This document shows, one piece after another, positions 10,701 through 19,419 of a DNA stretch of 33,393 nt. How positions within the stretch are numbered: position 1 is the first letter of the stretch; every line of letters begins with the position of its first letter. The stretch comes from an uncultured virus (IMG/VR IMGVR_UViG_3300014910_000001) (lineage: Duplodnaviria > Heunggongvirae > Uroviricota > Caudoviricetes). Location of the stretch: the IMG/VR virus record IMGVR_UViG_3300014910_000001. One strand, 5' to 3'. Below the pieces are notes generated by a model that saw only the letters and a list, made by a program, of their open reading frames with translations, did not search any database and was not told the origin of the DNA. Made by a program: the position numbers and the translations under genes.

Positions 10701-11495
10701 GATGCTCATTTTAACGATGGAGCTTATGTTACAGGTCCATTTTATGCATCAACCCATATAAGTATTGGTAGTTTCGGAACAAGTTCTTTTGCAGGCTCTG
10801 CAGCATCAATTAACATTGGTGATTCGGATACAGGTTTAATTTGTCCATCGGATGGAGTTCTTGACTTCTATGCTAATAACGCACGATATTTAAGTTTGGA
10901 TGGTGCTGGTTCACGCGTTTATTTTGATAAGCCTATAGTTTCCGGCACTCCGGATACTCATCGAATTCTTGGCGGAGGGTATGGTGTTTTCCAGCGTTTC
11001 GATGGTTCCAATTTCTATTTGATGACAACGAATCAGAATGACCAGATGGGATCATGGAATAATCTCAGGCCTTTTTATTTTAATGTTAAAACCGGCAGGG
11101 TCGATATGGGTCACGACGTTGCTATAGGTGGCAATTGCTACTTCAATCAGCAGCTCAATGTGGGCGGCAATATCGTCGCGGGAGATCGTGTTTATACCGG
11201 TAATGGTGGCTCATTTGTTCAGAGCGACGGTAATGTTTATGGCGGATGCTGGGGGGGATACTTAAGCAACTGGATAAGCGGAACTTTCTTTCAACGTGGT
11301 TCAGGCGACATTGTTTCTGACGTACGTCTGGCAGGCGAGGGAGGGGGAATACTTAACGGGACTTATAAGGTGCCTGGTGGCTGCGTAATGACAGGATGGT
11401 ATACGGAAGGCTCAACACCAGGCGGCGATACAATTTTTTATCGTGCAATTCAAAAAGCCGTGAACGGTAACTGGTACACTATTGGACAATTGTAA
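7764..11495 (+). CDS. S: Tail fibre protein (P1 gpS-like)
   Basis: 1243 aa. P1 Sc-like N-terminus (SADMQYLETYTSSALNRKLKGIV), NLADV..ARDHLGLG repeat, IGDSDTGL...DGVLDFYANN, and a C-terminal DGNVYGGCWGGYLSNW / YRAIQKAVNGNWYT tip. Confidence 0.9.
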   Translation: MSSNEITDIGVMAGKAYGTAPLSADMQYLETYTSSALNRKLKGIVRSGFYLGFSPVAGSGLNVIVTSKGAEGGQGAASIDVNAHQITVQHLADLTLPVVAGKTTRIVLEANYKLGVKTDQVDITSTVEAARVFAQDISVSLEPNQLELCRVLVPTGTTQVTQAMIVTNYRINRQVGITLDSIYTSDDELIAANLKGLKILKELIDNNMVIANNGSDIHDKAMFRKNIELDQLVNEKQLVASKNLADVPDVAEARDHLGLGTVATADQQTNPMDMTPGALMAVGAFGVGAPSLVLDSKTTSLADVSVTEQNAFWTLSGTFNDGPVDLGKTTQTLRGQLFNMRRKYDADAALLQLLVAQGGVMYLRLAGKVSGDWAWSGLSAGADKNGWRKVMDSASMTLADLVNLGAAKAGDNDDITSTSKLTNINTPKLTVSKNLDVGSQISAGYRIGVIRSEPSVPSMTFLRTDQLDDKPPAYETDIMQIVGRVAAVSGDAWSGRILGGITTTNMTHGGGKVTIDARTSTGVIAARLALNSGDGLATLQGAGGLAITGGGGLTSDGAGLFTADSVALQLKAKTKDKAYYLRGRKADNSLHWYMGQSTDNTDTITWGNSIPNTWFTLSGDGTGETNVSTMKLRNNAIVGGNLAVSGGADVTGPLNVLAKGATAVGDLTAAALVVTGSSNDGTQGITVNSFAPTVTFIDRDADSAGFRWRGNGSSLRLDVDGRDNGVTWKQDVAQFSDKGLLSLGNGNNNPARMLTLGNNSPGKGNLSGASQIAAMAYANIGADATTRGIGFGVEMSVGDGITVQTTPDWVEFWGNSSVVNANASVTLMTSFRSYDKASTSIATAYAFEGRQTARDGVSRWNLFMQGSAPNYLRGQTLIGGTDTNIPASSVALSVNGGADVKGPLTVYGDAYLKSSLSIMASRPYIDFNSSTTASNDYDARIIVDATTAKTNGQAALNIDAANINLLGVANLKSSLYVDKDAHFNDGAYVTGPFYASTHISIGSFGTSSFAGSAASINIGDSDTGLICPSDGVLDFYANNARYLSLDGAGSRVYFDKPIVSGTPDTHRILGGGYGVFQRFDGSNFYLMTTNQNDQMGSWNNLRPFYFNVKTGRVDMGHDVAIGGNCYFNQQLNVGGNIVAGDRVYTGNGGSFVQSDGNVYGGCWGGYLSNWISGTFFQRGSGDIVSDVRLAGEGGGILNGTYKVPGGCVMTGWYTEGSTPGGDTIFYRAIQKAVNGNWYTIGQL

Positions 11496-11497
11496 AA

Positions 11498-12037
11498 ATG
11501 CTGACTCTTAAAAAACTAACTCCGTATGATCATGAACACCGTGACTTAATCATGCCTGGTGCATATTTCCTGCAAACGGAAGACGGCCTTGATTGGTACT
11601 ATCATTTAACACGATTCGCGGAAGATACAGTTAAAATTGCTTATGATGACTCTGGCGTAGTTCGGTTTATTGAAACAGATGCATCTAAAATCTGGCCCGC
11701 GAATTTAAGTGTGGTTGAGCTGAGTTCTGACAGAGTACCAGCAGAAGCTAATAACACTGGTAATTGGTCATACAGCAACGGTAGTGTGGTTCCGCGTATT
11801 TATACCGCAAGTGAGCTAACCATCAGAGCAGAAGCTGAGCGTGAAAAGCTAATTGCTGCAGCCCGTGCGACCATGAACGAATGGCAAAACGACCTGTTAC
11901 TGGATGAAATCAGCGATGAAGACCGTGCATCTCTGAAGATGTGGAATGGTTACGTAAAAGCACTTAAAGCAGTCATTATTTCATCTCCTGCTGAAATTGT
12001 CTGGCCAGCACCGCCTGAGCCAGCCTCTATCCGATAA
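11498..12037 (+). CDS. U: Tail fibre assembly chaperone (Tfa/gpU-like)
   Basis: FLQTEDGLDWY...KIAYDDSGVV...WNGYVKALKAV...IVWPAPP is the Caudovirales tail fibre assembly family pattern. Confidence 0.85.
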   Translation: MLTLKKLTPYDHEHRDLIMPGAYFLQTEDGLDWYYHLTRFAEDTVKIAYDDSGVVRFIETDASKIWPANLSVVELSSDRVPAEANNTGNWSYSNGSVVPRIYTASELTIRAEAEREKLIAAARATMNEWQNDLLLDEISDEDRASLKMWNGYVKALKAVIISSPAEIVWPAPPEPASIR

Positions 12038-12065
12038 AAAGTATTTAATCCCAGCTTTTATCTCT

Positions 12066-12091
12066 AAACAGCGCCTCCGGGCGCTGTTTTT
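12066..12091 (+). terminator. Rho-independent terminator after the tail fibre operon
   Basis: AAACAGCGCC-TCCG-GGCGCTGTTT followed by T-rich sequence. Confidence 0.75.
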
Positions 12092-12103
12092 CTTTACCTC
12101 TCT

Positions 12104-12124
12104 AAATTACAGACTCCTTACCCT
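12104..12124 (+). promoter_or_regulatory. Putative late promoter of the lydAB-dar operon
   Basis: AAATTACAGACTCCTTACCCT; the motif is shared with three other sites upstream of late genes. Confidence 0.55.
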
Positions 12125-12159
12125 CACGCCACCTGATTACCAGGTGCTAAGGGGGGTAT

Positions 12160-12477
12160 GTGACCGATGTAGAAAAAATGCTCGCGGTTTCGCTTCTCCT
12201 GTCTTTGCTGAGCGGCACAGGCGTATTCCTGCTGGGAGTACGCGAATACCGGATCAAACCAAACGTATTCAATTTCACCACTGAGTTGGTGCTGGCGCTG
12301 ATTACCGGACTGACGGCTTATTTTTTTGCGCGACAGCAGGGACTGGACGAAATCGTGATTTACCTCGCCGTGTTGGTTGCAAGTAACAACTGGCGTGAAC
12401 TTTCAACTGTGTTTAAAGAACGACTCATTGCGGCAATAAATGGCGTATTTGGGTCAAAAGGAGGCTCCGGCCAATGA
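12160..12477 (+). CDS. lydA: Holin (LydA family)
   Basis: 105 aa with hydrophobic segments. LLLSLLSGTGVFL, TELVLALITG and ASNN match P1 LydA as recalled. RBS AAGGGGG. Confidence 0.85.
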   Translation: MTDVEKMLAVSLLLSLLSGTGVFLLGVREYRIKPNVFNFTTELVLALITGLTAYFFARQQGLDEIVIYLAVLVASNNWRELSTVFKERLIAAINGVFGSKGGSGQ

Positions 12478-12929
12478 TTGATTTCCAGAACCTGTTTATG
12501 ACAGCAATGGCGGCGGCGATGGTTATCGATCGCTGCGCATTCGCACGTAAAAAAGTGGCATTACTGGGTTGCGGTATAGCGGTAGTGCGTGACAATGCGC
12601 TGGCCTTCCCGGTCCGCCTGAATATTGCCTGTGCCGGTAAACTTGCGGGAGCCAAAATTGAGTACTGGCTACGCGATAGCAACGATCCGACCGTCGTTAT
12701 CTCCGGCAAACAGCGCACGCTGGACCTTTCGCCAAAAGGTGTGAGTGAAGAGTTTCTACTGATCGATACGCGTTATCTGGAGCCGGGTGAATGGTATCTG
12801 ACAGTCCGTGTCACTCACGGTAACAGCCGTCTTAATCCCCTTTACCGTATTTTCCCGCTGCAGGATACCGTCACCCGAACTTACCAGCTGAGTAAGTCAG
12901 AGCAGGGGGAATACCATGTCGAATCCTAA
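12474..12929 (+). CDS. lydB: Lysis control protein / antiholin (LydB)
   Basis: YWLRD...PTVVISG...VTHGNSRLNPLYRIFP matches P1 LydB as recalled. ATGA overlap with lydA. Confidence 0.85.
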   Translation: MIDFQNLFMTAMAAAMVIDRCAFARKKVALLGCGIAVVRDNALAFPVRLNIACAGKLAGAKIEYWLRDSNDPTVVISGKQRTLDLSPKGVSEEFLLIDTRYLEPGEWYLTVRVTHGNSRLNPLYRIFPLQDTVTRTYQLSKSEQGEYHVES

Positions 12930-13536
12930 GACCTACGTCCTGCTTAGCTTTGACGAGCTCAACGAAAAAGGGCTGGCTAAGCTGAAAAAGGCGATCGCCA
13001 CCAGCGGCTTTGAGGTGGCCAAAATCACCGCCGCCGGCGCAGCCCGGAAAAAGGATGGTGTACCCACTAAAACCTTCAGTCTCACCGGTATGGATGAGCA
13101 GGTCATGACCGTGCAGGTCAACGACAGCGGCGACATTTCCGGTCTGAAGCTGAACGGCAAAAACGTGCCGTTTACCCACGTCACCACGATCCCCGATCTC
13201 GGACGCCAGCTGGCCGCGCTGTTTAAGAAAGGCTCAACGGCATTTCAGAAGGCGCTGGCACGCAAGATGGCACGCGCCGCCGCCAGCAAGGATGACTCAC
13301 CGCAACCAAAACGCGGCGTGAAATCATCGGTGCAGCTGCTGGCCGAAGTGCGCCAGCAGCGTGACGCCTACAAAGCGGGGATCGCGGAAACCCAGGCGAA
13401 GGCAGAGCAGCTGACGCGGGATGCCGATGCGGCACAGAAAAACGCGGACAGCTTACAGACCGAGCTTAATCAGGAGCAGGCGATCACCCGCCAGCTGAAA
13501 GAGCAGATCGCCCAACTGGAAGAGGCAGCAGAATGA
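12916..13536 (+). CDS. hdf: Hdf, DarA_N-domain antirestriction/head protein
   Basis: FDELNEKGL..LKKAI...KKDGV.TK...VNDSGDI...LNGK..P (DarA_N-like) followed by a coiled coil. P1 order lydB-hdf-darA. Confidence 0.8.
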   Translation: MSNPKTYVLLSFDELNEKGLAKLKKAIATSGFEVAKITAAGAARKKDGVPTKTFSLTGMDEQVMTVQVNDSGDISGLKLNGKNVPFTHVTTIPDLGRQLAALFKKGSTAFQKALARKMARAAASKDDSPQPKRGVKSSVQLLAEVRQQRDAYKAGIAETQAKAEQLTRDADAAQKNADSLQTELNQEQAITRQLKEQIAQLEEAAE

Positions 13537-15728
13537 ATGAGATTTTAAGCAACCGCATGGTGCTGGACCTGCGGAGCCACACACCGGGCGCAATGCTGGC
13601 GCAGGCGGTTTACGACGGCCTGATGACCGGCAGCAGCGCGGATATGATGCTGGAAAGCGCCACTATCGACGATATCGATCACACCTACCTGGGAAATGAA
13701 AGCCTGGTGCCGGGTGCGATGTTTGAGGCTATCAGCACCGAGCGCATGCGTCTGGCGCAGACCATGCGCGCCTTCGTGAAGGCCTTAAACCGTGGCCTGA
13801 ATGGAACCAATATCAGCGCTGGTACGGACGATGCAGGCGCGGATACTACCGGGCAGAAAACTGTGGGCGGCGCGGTAATTGGCAAAGTGCGCCGTGTGGC
13901 CAGCATACCGGTTATGAGTGCGCTAATCTCGTTATCAGACGGGCAAAGCGTGTCGCTGGTGTTCCACTCTCCAACTGCTGACAACGGTAAGATCCGCAAT
14001 CAGGATACGCTGGTGGCGTTCCAGTTCCTGATCAACAAGCGCGACGTGACGCACATCGTGGCCCCGATTGGCGGACGGGATGTGTCGCTGCAGCAGGTCA
14101 CGCAGGCGCTTTCAAACCTGATTGAGAAGAACAGTGGCAAATTCACAAAGCAGAAGGACGCCCAGACTAAGCTGCGCGCCGAAGTGGAAACTACCCAGGC
14201 GGAAACTGAAAAGCTGGCAGAGCAGCAATCGGCACTACTGGAAGTGGTGGACACACAGACCGCACGCGTGCAGACGCAGCAGGACAATGAGCAGATGCTG
14301 CGCGGCAAAGTCGCAGCCCAGCGCCAGATTAATGCCGACCTTACCGGCCAGTTGGCGGCACTGCAGCAGGCGAAAGCCAGTGAGCCTGAAAGCACGGACA
14401 CTTTCAGCGATCGCACTATCCAGGTTAAAGCGCGCCTGAACATAGACGGACAGGCGACGCTGAGCAACGCCGCGACGGTCCGCTATCACAGCTATGACCA
14501 GGACGGCGAGCTTGAAGGCAAGGTGATCATCACCGAAGCGGACGGGACCACGTTTGAAATGCCGTCCAAATCCAGCCAGGGCGCGGATATGGGTAAAGCG
14601 GCTACCAAACTGCTGAAGGCCTACCGCACCGGCGCGGCGGATAAATACCGTGTCAGTGCTGAGCCAGTTTCGACGCAGGAGCCGCAACCTGAACCGACGC
14701 CACAGCCTGAACCGGCGCCGCAACCAGAACCAGAACCACAGCCAGAGCCAGAGCCACAACCCGATCCTGTTACACCCGCAGCCGTCTGGCGTTATGCGCT
14801 GGTAAACCGGCCAGTAGGTATCGGCGCGGTACCGCCTGAATATGCCTCTGTTGCAGGCCAGCCAGCAGACGGCCAGCCATACAGCGGCGTTGCGCGTAAC
14901 GGCATCATTTCCTACGACCGTCCACTTACCGACAAAGAGATTGCTGACTTTGAGCTGAAGCTGATCCCGACGCATGCGGATCTCGATACGCTGGCCGTAA
15001 CCGTGGCCGACAAGATGAGCGATTACGCCGCGCAGTATCTGGAAATGTCCGCAGAAGACCCTGACACCTACGCCAAACAGGTACGCATGGTTGCCCGTAA
15101 AAACCTGACCGGCGTGGCGTATCCGGAAGGGGAAGACCTGACCTACTTCAATCAGGCCATTAATGCCAGATTGCAGACACTGGCAGCAGGTCAATCAAAG
15201 CCAGAAGAGACCGACATGACTGACGATCGTGAAAATACTGACCCGTTCTGGATTGCGGCGAAACGCTTGGGTGATCTCGTAGGCTGGGCGTCTGACCTGG
15301 TAAATGCTTGGGCTGAAGCACTGGGCTATGGCAGTGAGCAAATGAAGCAGGCAGCGGACTACGTGGAGGCTAACCAAAGTCCTGAGTATCTGAAGGCAGT
15401 AGAGACGGCGATGATCACCGGCAAGCGTATTCCGCTGGTGGAGGAACTTAGCACTACTGAGCCAGAGCCAGAGCCGCAGCCACAGCCGGAGCCAGTGCCG
15501 GAAGCAGACACCGAAGCGCAGAAGGCGATTGATTACCTTCAGGGGCTGACTTCGCTCGATACCGACGATATGGACGTGATCCGCACTGGCCGCAGTCAGG
15601 TGCGCGAAGCTATTGCCGCGCTGACGGCCGCGGGCGTGTTCGATGAAAACGAATCACTGGTTAATGACGCCGTGCAGCACCTGAGTGATCTGCTGGTGGC
15701 GGTGCAGCGTAATGGGGTGGCCGCATGA
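13533..15728 (+). CDS. darA: Defence-against-restriction protein DarA
   Basis: 731 aa. LSDGQSVSLVFHSPT...LVAFQFLINKRDVTHIVAP N-terminal domain, coiled coil, PE-rich linkers and DarA_C-like YALVNRPVGIGAVP...GIISYDRPLT. Confidence 0.85.
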   Translation: MNEILSNRMVLDLRSHTPGAMLAQAVYDGLMTGSSADMMLESATIDDIDHTYLGNESLVPGAMFEAISTERMRLAQTMRAFVKALNRGLNGTNISAGTDDAGADTTGQKTVGGAVIGKVRRVASIPVMSALISLSDGQSVSLVFHSPTADNGKIRNQDTLVAFQFLINKRDVTHIVAPIGGRDVSLQQVTQALSNLIEKNSGKFTKQKDAQTKLRAEVETTQAETEKLAEQQSALLEVVDTQTARVQTQQDNEQMLRGKVAAQRQINADLTGQLAALQQAKASEPESTDTFSDRTIQVKARLNIDGQATLSNAATVRYHSYDQDGELEGKVIITEADGTTFEMPSKSSQGADMGKAATKLLKAYRTGAADKYRVSAEPVSTQEPQPEPTPQPEPAPQPEPEPQPEPEPQPDPVTPAAVWRYALVNRPVGIGAVPPEYASVAGQPADGQPYSGVARNGIISYDRPLTDKEIADFELKLIPTHADLDTLAVTVADKMSDYAAQYLEMSAEDPDTYAKQVRMVARKNLTGVAYPEGEDLTYFNQAINARLQTLAAGQSKPEETDMTDDRENTDPFWIAAKRLGDLVGWASDLVNAWAEALGYGSEQMKQAADYVEANQSPEYLKAVETAMITGKRIPLVEELSTTEPEPEPQPQPEPVPEADTEAQKAIDYLQGLTSLDTDDMDVIRTGRSQVREAIAALTAAGVFDENESLVNDAVQHLSDLLVAVQRNGVAA
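14678..14766 (+). repeat. Pro-Glu/Gln low-complexity coding repeat in darA (second tract near 15458-15502, third in ddrA near 15890-15931)
   Basis: EPQPEPTPQPEPAPQPEPEPQPEPEPQPDP encoded by GAGCCA/GAACCA/CAGCCA units. Confidence 0.8.
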
Positions 15729-16120
15729 GCTTAACTGCACTGCAAAAGCTGGATTTAGCCGACCAGCTGGACGAGCTGATTATCAAAGCCCCGACCGTTA
15801 AGGGGCTGGACCTTCTGGATCTCAATGACCAGATGGAGGCGATCATGCTCCAGCTGGGGTATGGCACTGCGCCAGCACCCGCCACCAGCGAACCGGCACC
15901 CGCGCCGGTAACTGAGCCAGAGCCGGAACCCGTGAAGGATGATCAGCCCGTTCCCGAAGTGGTTACTGACTTTCTGGCCGGTAAGTTCACCAGCCAGGCG
16001 CAGCTTGATTTTGTCGAGACACTGCGCCGCATCGGTGACTACATCGGCGTTTATCTGGAGCTCGACGACGCGAGAAAACAGACAGCCAGCTGGATAGCGG
16101 CCAGCGGCCTCGCTGCTTAA
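15725..16120 (+). CDS. ddrA: DdrA-like antirestriction accessory protein
   Basis: 131 aa, MSLTALQKLDLADQLDEL N-terminus. ATGA overlap with darA and P1 synteny. Confidence 0.7.
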   Translation: MSLTALQKLDLADQLDELIIKAPTVKGLDLLDLNDQMEAIMLQLGYGTAPAPATSEPAPAPVTEPEPEPVKDDQPVPEVVTDFLAGKFTSQAQLDFVETLRRIGDYIGVYLELDDARKQTASWIAASGLAA

Positions 16121-16125
16121 CCATC

Positions 16126-16148
16126 ACCCCGTTTCGGCGGGGTTTTTT
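16126..16148 (+). terminator. Rho-independent terminator between ddrA and ddrB
   Basis: ACCCCGT-TTCG-GCGGGGT followed by a T-run. Confidence 0.7.
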
Positions 16149-16163
16149 ATTCCCGGAATCAAA

Positions 16164-17540
16164 ATGCTGAACGAGAAATTACGAAATCTGCTGAGCGACG
16201 CTGGCAGCATATTTGCCCTGATTGGGCTGGTGGGCTCACTGCGTAAAGCGCAGACCATAACAGGGCGATCGTCATACGTTGTCACCGGCAAAGGGCAGGA
16301 AGTGAAGACCGCGTTTAAGGTGGTGGATGCGCGCCACCTGATTATTTCCAACAACCTCGACGGCACCATAAACCCGCTTTTCCCGGCTGAACTACAGCCA
16401 CGCGACCGCACCCGCCTGACCAGCAAAGTGCAGGTATCCAAAATCGCGGGCAACCTTCGACCGGCAAAGTTGACCGATTCAGGCATGAGCAGCCACGGCG
16501 CGCCAATTGTGGGCGCTGATAATGTGGTTGAGTCAGGCAATGGCCGTTCGATGGGGATCACCCGTGCCTATGAGCAGGGGCAGGCCGACGAGTATCGCCA
16601 GTACCTAATTAAACACGCTAAAGACTATGGCCTGAAGGCATCCGATATCGCGCAGATGGATATGCCGGTACTGGTGCGTGAGCGTATTACGGACGTTGAT
16701 CGTGCGCAGTTTGCGAAAGATTCCAACCTCTCCGATTTGCAGGAAATGGCGGCAAGTGAGAAAGCCTTTGTTGATGCCGAAATGCTCGACGAACGTCTGA
16801 TGGCCATCTTCAATCCGTCCGACGACGGCAACCTTCTCGCGCGCTCAAATGACGGCTTTATCCGGGCCTTCATGAAAGAGATTGGCGACACGGCGACGGC
16901 AGGCCTGCTGACCGAAGACGGGCGCCCGACGAAGCAACTGATTGACCGTATGCAGAATGCGATCTTTGCCCGCGCCTACAAAGACGAACGCCTGGTTAAG
17001 CTGGTATCTGAAGAGCCGGATCCCGAAATGCGCAATATCCTGACAGCGCTCAACACGGCGGCAAGCGAGTTTGCACAGATGCAGATGCTATCCGGAGACG
17101 TTCATCGGCAGGCCGTCACCGGGCTGGTGGACGGGGTGCAGTCAGTTGATGGTCTCGATCAGCAGGCAATCGCCGCGCTGCAGGATGCTATCAAGCTGGT
17201 TCGCCAGGCCAAAGATAGCGGGCAGGCCATACAGGAAGTGCTGGCACAGCAGGGGCTGTTTGAGGAATCCAGCAAAGAGGCCGAAGCGCTGGCGCTGTTT
17301 ATCGTGGCAAACAACCGCAGCGCAAAACGTATCGGGGCCGCGTTTAAAAAGATGGCTCAGAAGATCAACGACGAGCTGATACACCAACAGCAGGCGATGG
17401 GGGATATGTTCGGCGGCGGTGAGCTTACGCTGAATGACGTGCTAACGGCTGTATCAGGAGAAATTGAGGAGGAATTTGGTGAAGGGAAGGGGCTAAGCTT
17501 TGCCATTTTCGAGTCTGTCAGCGCGCAGGCAACGAACTAA
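16164..17540 (+). CDS. ddrB: DdrB-like protein with a ddrB-ParB domain
   Basis: ELQPRDR...GAPIVGADNVVESGNGR...PVLVRER is the ddrB-like ParB family pattern. P1 synteny after ddrA. Confidence 0.75.
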   Translation: MLNEKLRNLLSDAGSIFALIGLVGSLRKAQTITGRSSYVVTGKGQEVKTAFKVVDARHLIISNNLDGTINPLFPAELQPRDRTRLTSKVQVSKIAGNLRPAKLTDSGMSSHGAPIVGADNVVESGNGRSMGITRAYEQGQADEYRQYLIKHAKDYGLKASDIAQMDMPVLVRERITDVDRAQFAKDSNLSDLQEMAASEKAFVDAEMLDERLMAIFNPSDDGNLLARSNDGFIRAFMKEIGDTATAGLLTEDGRPTKQLIDRMQNAIFARAYKDERLVKLVSEEPDPEMRNILTALNTAASEFAQMQMLSGDVHRQAVTGLVDGVQSVDGLDQQAIAALQDAIKLVRQAKDSGQAIQEVLAQQGLFEESSKEAEALALFIVANNRSAKRIGAAFKKMAQKINDELIHQQQAMGDMFGGGELTLNDVLTAVSGEIEEEFGEGKGLSFAIFESVSAQATN

Positions 17541-17560
17541 TTTTAATGGTTCATAATATG

Positions 17561-17584
17561 CGTCAGCTCAGACTTGAGCTGACG
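17561..17584. repeat. Perfect 10-bp inverted repeat at the left edge of island 1
   Basis: CGTCAGCTCA-GACT-TGAGCTGACG. Confidence 0.8.
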
Positions 17585-17617
17585 GTTTTCACTGGCTACA
17601 CATCCTTAAATCTGACC

Positions 17618-17644
17618 GTCTGCTTTGAGCGAAAAGCGGACATT
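17618..17644 (-). repeat. Palindromic boundary repeat, left copy
   Basis: The reverse complement AATGTCCGCTTTTCGCTCAAAGCAGAC matches 22998-23024 at 23 of 27 positions. Confidence 0.75.
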
Positions 17645-18009
17645 GCTAACAGCGTTATGAGTGAATCAACGGAGAGTTGGTCAGGTACCCTTAGTACTTT
17701 ATGCGCTGCTTACTAGTCATGGTGCGTTCCAAATGGATGATAAAGAATAGAATGCCGAATGAAGATCAATATTGGCCGCAACAAAGTGAGTTCGCATTTC
17801 GTGGGTAGGACCAGAGAGCTACAGCGGAAAAATGTGGAGATTTTAGTTATAAGCTTTGTTCACTGTTCCTAAATGACAGTTTCAATTAAGCGGTGAGCGT
17901 AATTATTGAAATTTCATTGACATCCTCATGTACCTGCCCGTTAAACCGTGGATTTTTTATACATTACAATATAATATTCTCTGATAAATCGCTCAGCGTT
18001 GGTAACCCA

Positions 18010-18345
18010 TTGCAGATTTTTTGTGACAGTTCCGAACTCAGAGATTCAGTTGAGTTTAAAGAAGCAGGGATAAATCTGTTCGGTGATGCCGTAGCTGCAA
18101 AACTGCGCGTGCGGTGTGCTGATATCTGGTCTTCAGCATCGATAGCTGAGCTTCCGAGTTTTCTTAAAACAGAGTTTTTATGCGAAAATGGATGCGATTA
18201 CGTTACAATTAACCTTAGCGAAGGGGTTAAGATGTACTTTGTAAATGGTCATCTCAAACCACCCCGTCAGGCAGACAATTCACTTGATTGGGGTCGGGTA
18301 ACTCGGTTGAAATTGGTTCATATAGGCGAAGATTATGGTTTCTGA
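18010..18345 (+). CDS. HigB/RelE-like toxin ('killer suppression' family)
   Basis: Probable TTG start at 18010 inside the 17893 ORF. LFGDAVAAKLRVRCADI..SASIAELP...INLSEGVKMYF...LDWGRVTRLKLVHIGEDY resembles the HigB-like partners of HigA-ImmA proteins. Overlaps the next gene. Confidence 0.6.
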   Translation: MQIFCDSSELRDSVEFKEAGINLFGDAVAAKLRVRCADIWSSASIAELPSFLKTEFLCENGCDYVTINLSEGVKMYFVNGHLKPPRQADNSLDWGRVTRLKLVHIGEDYGF

Positions 18346-19417
18346 TAACGGATTTAACACGGATTGGGTGTCAGCCCCCGGAGATACCATAATAGACCTC
18401 ATGGACGAACTTGGTTTCAACGAAGAAGAGCTCAGTAAAAGAGTTGGCCTTTCCATGATTAAAAGTCGTGAGTTGATTTCTGGTGAACTTATTCTCACTG
18501 AGAAGATTGCCAACAAACTTGAATCTCTCTTCAATGTCAGCACGACTTTCTGGCTCAGTCGTGAAAATAAATATCGCCAACATAAAGATGCCATCATTCG
18601 CCAAAATAATGAATGGGTTCAGTCTCTGCCTACGTCAGATATGAGTAAACTGGGTTGGATCCCGAAGGGCCTGAGTGGTAATAAAAAAGTAGAGTATTGC
18701 CTGAGTTTTTTCGGCGTTTCATCTGTACCTGAATGGTTTAATTATTATAAAAGTAAACAGACTGCTATAGCTTTCAGAAAATCTGAAGCTTTCAGAACGG
18801 AAGAAATGGCCGTAATAACTTGGCTCAAGAAAGCTGAATATATTTCGCGAAAACAGAGAACTTATGCATGGGATAAGGAAATACTTAAAGGCAGCCTAGA
18901 AGCTTTAAGAAAACATTCTCTTGAAGCTGATCCCAAAGTATTTCTTCCTGCGATACGCAGCATACTCGCTGACGCTGGTGTAGCGCTTGTGATCCTGCCA
19001 ACGCCAACAGGTTGTCCAGCAAGCGGCGCTACCTGTTTTTTTGAGTCTGGCAAAGCGACACTAATAATGAGTTTTCGGTATCTCAGAGACGATCATTTCT
19101 GGTTTACGTTGTTCCATGAGATTGGCCATCTGGTTCTGCACAACTGTGAACAGCACCGCATAGAAGGAATGAGTGGCCTTTCTGAAAAAGAAGAACAGGA
19201 AGCAAACGAGTTTTCCAGCAACGTCCTGATTCCCCCAGCATACCGTGCAGAGTTTGACACGCTGAGTGGGCGGAATTGGAAAAATATTATTAAATTTGCT
19301 AGGAAAATTGGTGTATCAAAAGGGATAGTGCTGGGGCAGTTACAGCACGCCCAAAAAATCCCCTTTGATCATTTTGCCAAATTCAAAGTCAAATATAACC
19401 GTGAAGATCTGTCCTGA
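18335..19417 (+). CDS. HigA-type HTH antitoxin fused to an ImmA/IrrE (M78) Zn metallopeptidase
   Basis: N-terminal SAPGDTI.DLMDE...ELSKRVG...IANKLESLF.VSTTFWL (HigA HTH). C-terminal DDHFWFTLFHEIGHLVLH (HExxH) and EEQEANEFS. Confidence 0.85.
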   Translation: MVSDNGFNTDWVSAPGDTIIDLMDELGFNEEELSKRVGLSMIKSRELISGELILTEKIANKLESLFNVSTTFWLSRENKYRQHKDAIIRQNNEWVQSLPTSDMSKLGWIPKGLSGNKKVEYCLSFFGVSSVPEWFNYYKSKQTAIAFRKSEAFRTEEMAVITWLKKAEYISRKQRTYAWDKEILKGSLEALRKHSLEADPKVFLPAIRSILADAGVALVILPTPTGCPASGATCFFESGKATLIMSFRYLRDDHFWFTLFHEIGHLVLHNCEQHRIEGMSGLSEKEEQEANEFSSNVLIPPAYRAEFDTLSGRNWKNIIKFARKIGVSKGIVLGQLQHAQKIPFDHFAKFKVKYNREDLS

Positions 19418-19419
19418 AA

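Noticed and set aside
14678..14766. Short tandem repeats as a possible CRISPR array or contingency locus
   Set aside because: In-frame Pro/Glu linker codons with no repeat-spacer structure. No CRISPR array was seen anywhere in the window.
14235..15194. 319-aa minus-strand ORF and similar antisense ORFs in sit, S and prt
   Set aside because: Antisense to well-supported genes, with no recognisable motifs.
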